A DNA stretch of 64,000 nucleotides from Spirochaetia bacterium (lineage in GTDB: Bacteria; Spirochaetota; Spirochaetia; UBA9216). Location of the stretch: positions 1,152,001-1,216,000 of the forward strand of contig CAXXYH010000004.1 in assembly GCA_963677925.2 (NCBI GenBank). The letters run 5' to 3'. Under the pieces are notes generated by a model. That model was not told the origin of the DNA, ran no database searches, and worked only from the letters and a program-made list of their open reading frames with translations. The stretch's first letter is position 1; every line of letters begins with the position of its first letter. A program made the position numbers and the translations under genes. Of the stretch, positions 38,524 to 47,557 are shown piece by piece.

Positions 38524-40287
38524 GTGAAAAAAATTATAAATAACCCTGAAGATGTTGTAATGGAAATGTGCAGAGGCATCGCCGTTGCGCATCCGGAGCT
38601 GGAATTAAATCAAAAGTACAAAATTATATCGAGACGAAGAAAGAATATAAATAAGGTCAGTCTGATAAGCGGCGGCGGCAGCGGGCATGAGCCGGCCCAT
38701 GCCGGTTTCGTCGGAGAAGGGCTTCTTGATGCTGCCGTCTGCGGCGATGTTTTTGCCTCTCCTTCGCAGATACAGGTCTATCAGGCTATCAGGGAATCGG
38801 CAGGAGACAAAGGAACACTGCTTATAATAAAAAATTACAGCGGCGATATAATGAATTTCAAGAATGCCGCTTTTCTGGCGCAGGAAGACGGCATTAACGT
38901 TGATTATGTTGTAGTGGATGATGATGTTGCCGTGAATGACAGTTTATATACTGTCGGCCGCAGAGGAGTTGCAGGTACTTTTTTCGTTCATAAAATATCC
39001 GGGGCTGCAGCGGAAGATGGTAAAACCCTTTCAGAGGTAAAGGATATTGCTGAAAAAGTAATAAGTAATGTAAAGAGTCTGGGTTTTGCTTTAAGTTCGT
39101 GTACTGTTCCTGCCAAGGGCAGCCCTACATTCAGTCTTCTGGAGGATGAAATAGAATTCGGGGTTGGTATACACGGTGAGCCCGGAATAAAAAGGGAAAA
39201 ATTAGCTACTTCAGATACCCTTGCTAAACGTATTGTTGATCAGCTTGCAGGTGAACTTAACTTATCTGAAAATGACGAAGTAGCAGTTCTGATTAATGGA
39301 TTCGGCAGCACCCCGCTGCAGGAATTATACGTTCTGAACTATTCAATCCAGTGCCTGCTGTCTGAAATGAACCTGAAGGTTTTAAAAATCTTTGTAGGTA
39401 ATTATATGACCAGTATTGATATGGAAGGGGCTTCAATTTCCATTTTGAAACTGGATGATGTGATGAAGCAGTATCTTTTCAGTCCCTGTAATGCTCCCGG
39501 GTTCAAAATTTTAGATGCTTTTGAAGCTGATTCTACCGGATTAAGTGAGCTTAATAAAAGTCAGGATAGAGCAAAAGGTAAATATTCCATTGAAACAAGT
39601 TCTGATTTTGCGGTTATCAGCGGCGGGAAGATCAGCCTGAATAATATTATTTATATGGTTGATTGCATAAGTGAGTGTATAATAAAAAACGAGGTTGCTT
39701 TTTGCGAACTGGATTCACATGCCGGTGACGGTGATTTCGGAATGAGTGTTTCAAAGGGCTTTCGTCAGTTAAAAAATGAATGGCATGAAATACTTAATGA
39801 AGAAGCAGTCAGCATCGGGTCCTTTTTAAATGCATCTGCGCTGATAATCATGGAATACTGCGGAGGTGCTTCCGGCCCGATATGGGGCAGTGCTTTCAGA
39901 GCCGCGGGGAAATTTGCAGGTGATAAAACTGAAATGGATATCAGGATCTTTTCGCAGATGATGGCTGCAGCTGTTGCAGGTATACAGAAAACGGGCGAAA
40001 GATCATTCGGCCGCGGGGCTGTTGTCGGTGACAAAACTTTAATCGATGCATTGGTTCCTGCTGTAGACAGTCTGGCCGTGTCGGCTGAAAATAAAATGAA
40101 TCTGGAACCTGCTCTGAAAAAATTTGCCGAACAGGCAGTAGAAGGCGCAGAAAAAACCGAGAAAATTACCGCCAGGATGGGCAGGGCAGGAACTGCAGGT
40201 GAGCGAAGTCTCGGTTATCCGGATGCCGGTGCACATGCTCTGGGTGTTATATTCACATACGTATATGACCATTTGGAATTTGTTTAG
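38524..40287 (+). CDS. dhaK: Dihydroxyacetone kinase, fused DhaK-DhaL
   Basis: SGGGSGHEPAH; GIHGEPG; GDGDFG; GDKTLID. Confidence 0.92.
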   Translation: MKKIINNPEDVVMEMCRGIAVAHPELELNQKYKIISRRRKNINKVSLISGGGSGHEPAHAGFVGEGLLDAAVCGDVFASPSQIQVYQAIRESAGDKGTLLIIKNYSGDIMNFKNAAFLAQEDGINVDYVVVDDDVAVNDSLYTVGRRGVAGTFFVHKISGAAAEDGKTLSEVKDIAEKVISNVKSLGFALSSCTVPAKGSPTFSLLEDEIEFGVGIHGEPGIKREKLATSDTLAKRIVDQLAGELNLSENDEVAVLINGFGSTPLQELYVLNYSIQCLLSEMNLKVLKIFVGNYMTSIDMEGASISILKLDDVMKQYLFSPCNAPGFKILDAFEADSTGLSELNKSQDRAKGKYSIETSSDFAVISGGKISLNNIIYMVDCISECIIKNEVAFCELDSHAGDGDFGMSVSKGFRQLKNEWHEILNEEAVSIGSFLNASALIIMEYCGGASGPIWGSAFRAAGKFAGDKTEMDIRIFSQMMAAAVAGIQKTGERSFGRGAVVGDKTLIDALVPAVDSLAVSAENKMNLEPALKKFAEQAVEGAEKTEKITARMGRAGTAGERSLGYPDAGAHALGVIFTYVYDHLEFV

Positions 40288-40356
40288 GAAGATTGCCGGC
40301 AGATTTTTGATTTGAAATCTGCTGTTGATCAAATATTGACTTATTATGGAGGGATT

Positions 40357-42408
40357 ATGAAGAGTACGGTTAAAAAACCGCAAACATGGCTGGCTATTGC
40401 ACTCATGTTGATCTTGGTTGGAAGTTTCTTTGCACATTTATTCAACACATCAGGATATAAGGTACAGGTGACGGAAATTTCTTTCAGAACTGATAAGGGA
40501 TTACTTAACGGCTTGCTTTATATGCCTAAAGGTGCCGGCCCGGGCGATCCCCGCCCTGCAATCGTAACCACGCACGGTTACCTTAATGCAAAAGAAATGC
40601 AGGATGCTCCGGCTATTGAAATGTCAAGAAGAGGCTATGTAGTTCTCGCACTTGATATGTACGCTCACGGTGATTCATATCTTGACAGCGTTCCGCTGGG
40701 AAATCCGTTTTTTTCTTTCTGGACTACAGCAGTTTATGATGCTGTTCAATACATATATAAACAGCCTTATGTCTTAAAAGATGAAGCCGGCAACGGAATA
40801 ATAGGTGTAAGCGGACATTCCATGGGCGGCTTTTCCTCTACTATGGCAGCTTTCTCAGACGAACAGGCATATCAAAAAGACCTTGCTGAAGGAAAGCCGG
40901 CAGTACGCAAGATACATGCAGTCCTTACAGCAGGTTCCGATTACCGCTGGTCCTCTTATCTTGGTGTAAACGCTGAAGCCATTGACTTGAGTCTAGGCAG
41001 CCGGGTTGCGGGAGCCATTGCCGGGCAGTATGATGAATTCTTCTTTGATGAAACCGCCTATGCAACCGGTGAAACAATGGTAAAAAAGAATTATTCACAG
41101 ACCGCAACCGGCAAACAGTTTCTGGGAAATCCTGCAAATCCCGATAAAGGGACCTTTTTTACAACAGCAGCGGGCGGAAAGCGGATTATCTATGAACCAA
41201 ATGAAACACACCCATGGAACCATTTTTCAAAAGAATCAACCAGGTACCAGATTCAGTTCTACACAGAAGCTTTTAAAGATTATACTCCAGCATCAACTGT
41301 TAAGGGTGAGGGGCAAATTTGGCGCTTAAAGGAATATGCAGAGTTTATTGCTTTAATAGGTTTTTTCATGCTTTTTGTTCCGCTTGTACAGCTTCTGCTT
41401 AAAATTCCTTTCTTCAGTTCAGTAAAATCAGAATCTATCAAAGAGTTTGCCGGACCTGACACCAAAAACAGAAAAGTTGTCTTCTGGCTGATAACAGCAT
41501 TCAGTGCTCTTTTCCCTGCTGTATACTATGCGACCCTGATGGGAAAACTGCCCCTGGGCCTTTCTCAGATAAGAGTAGCCGCACTTATAATATTTGCTGC
41601 CGCAATTATTATAGCTGTTGTGACAATAGCTGTAAGAAAGGATGAGAAATCATTTTTCGGGTGGATTATTGCCGCTGCAGCTGCATTTATAGTATTCGGT
41701 TTAACGATTGGTGCAGGAAACCTTTTCAAGCTGAGTCCGTATTTCAATGAACCGCAGACAAATGCAGTTGTTTTCTGGGCATTATTTGTGGCTGCTGTGA
41801 CCTTTCTGATTCTGGCTGTTGTATACCTCACCATCAATAAACCGGCTGGAATGGATCTGAAGCAGTATGGAATTGCGGTCAATTTAAAGAACATCTTAAA
41901 AGCCTTATTAGTTGCAGTTATATCAGCAGCTGTCGGGTTTATTATTCTATTCATTATTGATGCGTTATTAAAAACAGACTTCAGACTGTGGCTTGTTGCT
42001 GTAAGGGCTTTTAACTCCGATCATTTCTTCTCGGCATTAAGATATATGCCGTTCTTCTTTCTCTATTACTTCTTCAACGGTATAGCATTGCAGGTGAACA
42101 CAAACAGCAGTTACCTTAAAGGAGTAAAGGGTTACCTTACATCCTATGCAATTAATATCGGCGGACTTTTACTGTTTCTGATTGGCGAGTACGGGGGAAT
42201 TTTTCTGTTTGGAAAAGCAGCCTGGCCAACCGTTGCATTAAACAGTATTGTACTGCTTGGTTTTGTAGTAATGCTTTTTATAGCAACTATCATAACAAAG
42301 AAGATGCTGGAAAAGACAAACAATGTTTTTACCGGTGCATTTCTGAATACTATAGTGTTCACACTGATGGCAGTTGCAAGTTCAACCATGTATATCAATC
42401 TGGTATAA
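40357..42408 (+). CDS. Alpha/beta hydrolase with multi-pass membrane domain
   Basis: N-terminal TM helix; GHSMGG; HPWNHFS; about 10 C-terminal TM helices. Confidence 0.8.
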   Translation: MKSTVKKPQTWLAIALMLILVGSFFAHLFNTSGYKVQVTEISFRTDKGLLNGLLYMPKGAGPGDPRPAIVTTHGYLNAKEMQDAPAIEMSRRGYVVLALDMYAHGDSYLDSVPLGNPFFSFWTTAVYDAVQYIYKQPYVLKDEAGNGIIGVSGHSMGGFSSTMAAFSDEQAYQKDLAEGKPAVRKIHAVLTAGSDYRWSSYLGVNAEAIDLSLGSRVAGAIAGQYDEFFFDETAYATGETMVKKNYSQTATGKQFLGNPANPDKGTFFTTAAGGKRIIYEPNETHPWNHFSKESTRYQIQFYTEAFKDYTPASTVKGEGQIWRLKEYAEFIALIGFFMLFVPLVQLLLKIPFFSSVKSESIKEFAGPDTKNRKVVFWLITAFSALFPAVYYATLMGKLPLGLSQIRVAALIIFAAAIIIAVVTIAVRKDEKSFFGWIIAAAAAFIVFGLTIGAGNLFKLSPYFNEPQTNAVVFWALFVAAVTFLILAVVYLTINKPAGMDLKQYGIAVNLKNILKALLVAVISAAVGFIILFIIDALLKTDFRLWLVAVRAFNSDHFFSALRYMPFFFLYYFFNGIALQVNTNSSYLKGVKGYLTSYAINIGGLLLFLIGEYGGIFLFGKAAWPTVALNSIVLLGFVVMLFIATIITKKMLEKTNNVFTGAFLNTIVFTLMAVASSTMYINLV

Positions 42409-42445
42409 AAGTTCTTATTTTTTAAAAACAAAAAAATACATTAAC

Positions 42446-42472
42446 CCGCTCTATTATTTAATAGTAGAGCGG
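42446..42472 (+). terminator. Hairpin terminator after the glycerol cluster
   Basis: CCGCTCTATTATT-T-AATAGTAGAGCGG. Confidence 0.65.
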
Positions 42473-42572
42473 TCTTATTTATTAATGGTTAAATAGATTA
42501 AGTTTATTGCTTTGCTGAAAAAGCGGTAGTATCATTAATACAGGGAATATCTTTCTTTTTAAGGAGGCTTCT

Positions 42573-43925
42573 ATGTCAAATGAAACTATCGAAAAGAACG
42601 GTAAAGACAGCAGAAAATCCGGTGATTCAGTTAAAACTTTCGTAATAGACACGAACGTGTTTATTCACAAGCCTGATGCAATCCTCTCATTCAAGGATAA
42701 CGAGGTTGTCATTCCGCTTGCAGTACTTGAGGAACTGGACAGCCTGAAGCGTTTCAGTGATGAAAAAGGCCGCAGCGCAAGGCATGCAATACGCTTCCTC
42801 GACGCCCAGGCCGCCCGGGGCGGCTCCCTCAGTAACGGAATTAAAATGGAAAACGGTTCCATACTCAAGGTTCTCAGAGCCGGGGCGTCCACAATGCCTC
42901 CCGAACTTACTGCCCAGAAGGCGGATAACCGTATCATTCAGACAGCGCTCGATCTTCAGGCTCAGGGGCGGCGGGTTTTCCTTGTATCGAAGGATATAAA
43001 CGCCCGTGTAAAGGCTGAGGCTCTCGGACTTAAAGCTGTTGACTATGAAAAACAGAAAATTGATATAAAATCGCTCTATCAGGGCTGGCGTGAAGTCCAG
43101 GTTTCGAGGGATACATTTGAAAAATTCAGAAACGATAAGCGGATTGAGTGGCGCGATTCTCTGCGAAGTAACGAGTTTGTGGTGATGAAGGCTTCCGATG
43201 ACGGCGAGACGCTTATCGGCCGGTACTTCAGTCAGAATAATGAGCTGAGAATGCTACCCGCCAGGCGGCATTCAGTTTACGGTATAAAACCTCTTAACCC
43301 TGAACAGAAGATGGCATTTGAGCTTCTGCTTGATGAGTCTGTATCTCTGGTTACCCTGGTAGGTCAGGCCGGAACAGGAAAAACCCTTCTGGCGCTGGCC
43401 TCCGGGCTTGCCAAGGTCATCGATGAAGCAAAGTATAACCGGATGCTGGTTTCGCGGCCGGTAATTCCAATGGGTAAGGACATCGGCTATCTGCCCGGAG
43501 ACAAGGGTGAAAAACTGTCCCACTGGATGCAGCCGATATTCGATAATCTTGAGTACATACTCGGAATCAACCGGAAAAAGGATGACGAGAAGGGCGTTGA
43601 CTGGTTTATAAAGAACAATCTTCTCGAAGTTGAAGGGCTTACATATATCCGCGGCCGTTCGCTTCCGGAGCAGTATATAATCATAGATGAGGCACAGAAT
43701 CTTACACCTCATGAGATTAAAACCATCGTCAGCCGGGCTGGAAAGAATACCAAGGTTGTTCTTACCGGCGACCCCTACCAGATTGACAGCCCCTATCTTG
43801 ATACAAACTCAAACGGTCTTTCATACCTGGTTGAAGCGTTCAAGGGCCAGCAGATTTACGGGCATGTTACTTTGACTCATACCGAGCGAAGTGATCTGGC
43901 GGAACTTGCAGCGCAATTGCTTTAG
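42573..43925 (+). CDS. PIN-PhoH (PhoH2/YlaK-type) protein
   Basis: VIDTNV PIN; GQAGTGKT; GYLPG; RGRS; DEAQN. Confidence 0.93.
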   Translation: MSNETIEKNGKDSRKSGDSVKTFVIDTNVFIHKPDAILSFKDNEVVIPLAVLEELDSLKRFSDEKGRSARHAIRFLDAQAARGGSLSNGIKMENGSILKVLRAGASTMPPELTAQKADNRIIQTALDLQAQGRRVFLVSKDINARVKAEALGLKAVDYEKQKIDIKSLYQGWREVQVSRDTFEKFRNDKRIEWRDSLRSNEFVVMKASDDGETLIGRYFSQNNELRMLPARRHSVYGIKPLNPEQKMAFELLLDESVSLVTLVGQAGTGKTLLALASGLAKVIDEAKYNRMLVSRPVIPMGKDIGYLPGDKGEKLSHWMQPIFDNLEYILGINRKKDDEKGVDWFIKNNLLEVEGLTYIRGRSLPEQYIIIDEAQNLTPHEIKTIVSRAGKNTKVVLTGDPYQIDSPYLDTNSNGLSYLVEAFKGQQIYGHVTLTHTERSDLAELAAQLL

Positions 43926-43993
43926 TTTTAGATGAAGCTCTCTTGCATCTGTATTTTGAATTTTCTATATTTTATATAGAGAGGATAACTGAG

Positions 43994-44221
43994 ATGAAAT
44001 GTACGGAATGTGACGGTCAGTTGGAAGAAGGTTATAATTTCTGTCCGCATTGCGGAAACCCAGTCAGCTCTATTGATGAGCTCAGACAGAGTATTGGTGA
44101 GTCTTTTGACAAACTTGAAGAGGTTGTATATGGAGATGCTCTGCTCAGGCTGGAAAATCTGTCCCTCAGACTTATTGATATTGAGTCTGAACTTGATACC
44201 TTCATACTCTCAAAGAAGTGA
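43994..44221 (+). CDS. Zinc-ribbon domain protein
   Basis: CTECD...FCPHCG; GAGG RBS. Confidence 0.75.
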   Translation: MKCTECDGQLEEGYNFCPHCGNPVSSIDELRQSIGESFDKLEEVVYGDALLRLENLSLRLIDIESELDTFILSKK

Positions 44222-44222
44222 T

Positions 44223-44250
44223 CAGCCGCTGTTAAAAGGCGGCTGCTTTT
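44223..44250 (+). terminator. Intrinsic terminator
   Basis: CAGCCGC...GCGGCTG followed by TTTT. Confidence 0.65.
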
Positions 44251-44310
44251 GAAAGAAGATCACATTTTTTACTGTACACAAAGCCTAAGCATGCCGAAAA
44301 TTTCATAGAT

Positions 44311-46584
44311 ATGAAGAAATCCTTTTTTCTGCTGCCTTTTCTTATAATTATTGCTGTTTCTCTGAATGCCCAGGTGCTTTTCAAGACTCCTGTTTTCGGT
44401 GAAGGAGAGAATCTGCTTTTCAGCGCAGAGCTTGAATGCCCCGGTTTCGGACGCTACTCAACCTTATTTGATGTAAATCTTGATGACAGAGATTTTTCCC
44501 AGCTGACAATCTTCCCCGAAGAAGCTGTAATGCTTGACGGCGGCAATACACTGCAGATCCGCAACAGATATGGTTTATTCAGGACTAAGAGCGATTTCTC
44601 CGGTTTTGAAGTTATAAAATCATATCCCGGATTCATTGAAGGCAAACAAATAAAGGAAGGAAAGATGTTTCCTTCGCATCCGTCACCGGACGGCCGCTAC
44701 CTTGCATATCTGCAGCCTGTTTCCCATGGCTATGCATCGCTTATTCTATATGATGTAGCTGAAGGAACGGAAACCGTAATATCAGATAATCTCGATCTCA
44801 CTTACAGCGATGAAGTAGTTCTCTGGGCTCCGGATTCTGAGTTTTTCGTCTACAGCAAGGGCGGAGAGGTTTTCTATTACTCGCTTGAACAATACTATGC
44901 GGGCAAGACTCTGGCCGAAGAGTTCAGAAAGATCGGCAAGGGCCTCATTTCAAATGTGCGATGGTCGGCCGGCAAAGAGCTTTTTTATCTGTCAGACTCC
45001 ATCATATACAAGATAATCCCTGCTCAGCTGTTCACAACATCCCTGTACCGTGAGCTGATGGAGATCGGTGAGATCTCCGGCAAGATTCCCTTTGATTTCG
45101 ATCCCGCTTTCGACAGTTTTTATGTATCTCCCGATGGTGAAAAGATTATCTTCAATAAAGCAGGAAGCAATATCTTCCTTTACTTTCTTAAAAACTCCAA
45201 CTACATCTCAACTGGCGATGTGGTTTCTCTGCCCTACCTTTACCTGCCCAGGAATACAAGGCTTAAAAAGGTTGTATGGCCCACAAGCGATATAGTTACA
45301 ATACTTACGACCCGAATTGAGGGAGGAACTCAGAAGACCTCTGTTTTCAGATTCGACCTTCGATATACCGATAAACCTCTTGAATTCAAACAGATTCCGG
45401 AAGAGAATGTAACAGATCTTGAGCTGTCCATGAATTCCGAGACTGTTGCGGTTCTCTACAACGACAGAATAGCCTTCAAGGATTATAAGACCTGGAGTAC
45501 ATCGAGCACACTGAAGTTCGACAGTCCTATTAAATCTTTCTGGGTTTCAGACTCCGAGCTTCTGATTACCGGAAAATATTCTACAGAAAAATATGATATT
45601 TATACCGACAGTTCTGCCGTCCTTACTGTTTCACAGGCAGATACCTCCGGGTACACAAAATCCGGTTCCGTGTATGCCTCTTCAAACGGAAACCTGTTTA
45701 TCCTCGATAAGGAAACAGGATGGAAGCGTGTTTTCAGTCTTGATGAGGAAGTTCCGGTCTCAGTGTCGGATAAATACCGCGTTTATACTCAGGATCAGAC
45801 AGCAGGACCCTATCAGAATATGATAATGATGAGGAAACTGGACAGCTTCGGCACCGAAGCCCTCTTTCCATATCCTGAAACCGAATATGAAGCCTTCCCG
45901 GCCAGGGATGACGATATAAACTTCGACAACTTCTCTCATGGGTCCCGAATCCGCAGGAGAGAAATTTCAATAGTATTCAACGCTATTGATTCGGCAGAGG
46001 GCCTCACCGAAGTTCTTAATGTGCTTGATCATTATGATATAAGCGCAACTTTCTTTGTTAACGGTAACTTTATGCGGAGAAACCCGGAGGCTGTGCAGGA
46101 ACTAGCCAATTCTTCTCATGAAATCGGATCACTTTTTTATTCATATTTTAACATGACTGATGCAAGATACCGGCTTGATAAAGAATTTATCAAGAGAGGC
46201 CTTGCCCGGAACGAGGATGACTACTATGCTTTAACTGGGGAGGAGCTTGCATTACTTTGGCATGCACCTTATTATGTCGTGAGCAGCGATATTATTGATG
46301 CATCCAAGGAAATGAACTATACCTATATCAACCGTGATATTGATCCGCTTGAATGGGTATGGGATGTAAGAGGCCTGAGCAGCCAGGGTCTGAGTGTTGC
46401 TGAAATGATCGAAACCATTATGAATAAGAAGAAACCCGGTTCGATCATCCCAATCAGACTCGGTGAATCCACCGACGGAACCGAACCATTATTTGCCAGT
46501 CTTGAACTGCTTCTGAACGACCTTATTGAACAGGGATATTCGGTTGTTCCGGTAAGCGTGCTAATTGACCGGGCAAGAAGGTGA
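44311..46584 (+). CDS. Secreted beta-propeller plus polysaccharide deacetylase-like protein
   Basis: Signal peptide; SPDG repeats; C-terminal ATFFVNG, HEIGS and WHAPY (degenerate CE4). Confidence 0.75.
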   Translation: MKKSFFLLPFLIIIAVSLNAQVLFKTPVFGEGENLLFSAELECPGFGRYSTLFDVNLDDRDFSQLTIFPEEAVMLDGGNTLQIRNRYGLFRTKSDFSGFEVIKSYPGFIEGKQIKEGKMFPSHPSPDGRYLAYLQPVSHGYASLILYDVAEGTETVISDNLDLTYSDEVVLWAPDSEFFVYSKGGEVFYYSLEQYYAGKTLAEEFRKIGKGLISNVRWSAGKELFYLSDSIIYKIIPAQLFTTSLYRELMEIGEISGKIPFDFDPAFDSFYVSPDGEKIIFNKAGSNIFLYFLKNSNYISTGDVVSLPYLYLPRNTRLKKVVWPTSDIVTILTTRIEGGTQKTSVFRFDLRYTDKPLEFKQIPEENVTDLELSMNSETVAVLYNDRIAFKDYKTWSTSSTLKFDSPIKSFWVSDSELLITGKYSTEKYDIYTDSSAVLTVSQADTSGYTKSGSVYASSNGNLFILDKETGWKRVFSLDEEVPVSVSDKYRVYTQDQTAGPYQNMIMMRKLDSFGTEALFPYPETEYEAFPARDDDINFDNFSHGSRIRRREISIVFNAIDSAEGLTEVLNVLDHYDISATFFVNGNFMRRNPEAVQELANSSHEIGSLFYSYFNMTDARYRLDKEFIKRGLARNEDDYYALTGEELALLWHAPYYVVSSDIIDASKEMNYTYINRDIDPLEWVWDVRGLSSQGLSVAEMIETIMNKKKPGSIIPIRLGESTDGTEPLFASLELLLNDLIEQGYSVVPVSVLIDRARR

Positions 46585-46618
46585 TTTGTAAAATCTTTAA
46601 AAAAAGAGAAAAGATCTC

Positions 46619-46645
46619 TAAAGGGTCTTTTGAAATCACCGATAA
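46619..46645 (+). promoter_or_regulatory. sigma28 (FliA) promoter
   Basis: TAAA(46619-46622)-N15-ACCGATAA(46638-46645) upstream of fliS. Confidence 0.75.
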
Positions 46646-46694
46646 TTATAAATAATCTGTCCTTGGGCAGTAAATCAGACAGGGAGATGGAATC

Positions 46695-47120
46695 TTGAGC
46701 AATCTAAATCCGTTGAATGCGTACCGTGAGACTAACATTAAGACAGCCAGTCAGGGCAAACTGGTATTAATGCTGTACACGGAGGCAGTGCGGCAGATGG
46801 AAACAGCAGTTTCCGCCCTTGAATCGGCCAAGCCGCAGATCGACCAGATTAATAATGCCCTTATTAAGGCCCAGGATATTATCACCGAACTTATGGTATC
46901 CCTGGATTTTGACCGGGGCGGTGAGATTGCCAAGAATCTGTACAGCCTCTACATCTTTTTCAACCGTGAGCTGATGCTTGCAAACGTCAAAAAAGATCCT
47001 GAACCCGTTAAATCAATCATTATTATGATGAAGGATCTAAAGGATGCCTGGCAGCAGGTTTTTCAGAAGGCAGGTGCGAATGTACCTCAGGCCTCAACCG
47101 GTATTAATATCGCAGGTTAA
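46695..47120 (+). CDS. fliS: Flagellar chaperone FliS
   Basis: TASQGKLVLMLY; KAQDIITELMVSLD...GGEIAKNLYSLY. Confidence 0.95.
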   Translation: MSNLNPLNAYRETNIKTASQGKLVLMLYTEAVRQMETAVSALESAKPQIDQINNALIKAQDIITELMVSLDFDRGGEIAKNLYSLYIFFNRELMLANVKKDPEPVKSIIIMMKDLKDAWQQVFQKAGANVPQASTGINIAG

Positions 47121-47557
47121 TGTCTGACCCCGGCAGTTTTCTGCTTAATCTCTTAAAATATCTTGAAGAATTAAAAAAAAGCTATCTCACACTCATGGAT
47201 ATTCTGTCCTTTGAACAGGAGGATATTCTTTCAGGTGACCAGGAAAAACTATGCATTCATACAGATCTGGAAAAATCACAGGTAGAAAAAATCATCTCGT
47301 ATACAAAGACCTGCAATGCCCTGCTATTTGACTATGAAGAGGAACGCTCTCCTCAAAACAGCGAAATAAGCCGCCTTTACGGGGAGATAGATAGTCTGAG
47401 AAAACAGGCTGCCGAACGCGGAGAAGCGAATATAGTGCTTCTTTCTGAAAAGATGTCGGCATTAAAGAACCGTATTGAGAGGTCCAGACTTCCTAAATTT
47501 GCCCGAAGGATATATTATTCTGGGGATAACCCTAACCAATTGGATATAAAGATATGA
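47120..47557 (+). CDS. flgN: FlgN-like flagellar export chaperone
   Basis: Helical 145-aa protein after fliS, C-terminal LDIKI; spirochaete synteny. Confidence 0.6.
   Translation: MSDPGSFLLNLLKYLEELKKSYLTLMDILSFEQEDILSGDQEKLCIHTDLEKSQVEKIISYTKTCNALLFDYEEERSPQNSEISRLYGEIDSLRKQAAERGEANIVLLSEKMSALKNRIERSRLPKFARRIYYSGDNPNQLDIKI

Noticed and set aside
44274-44300. Second sigma28 promoter (GCCGAAAA) upstream of the deacetylase-like gene
   Set aside because: There is no TAAA at the correct spacing, so it is too weak to call.
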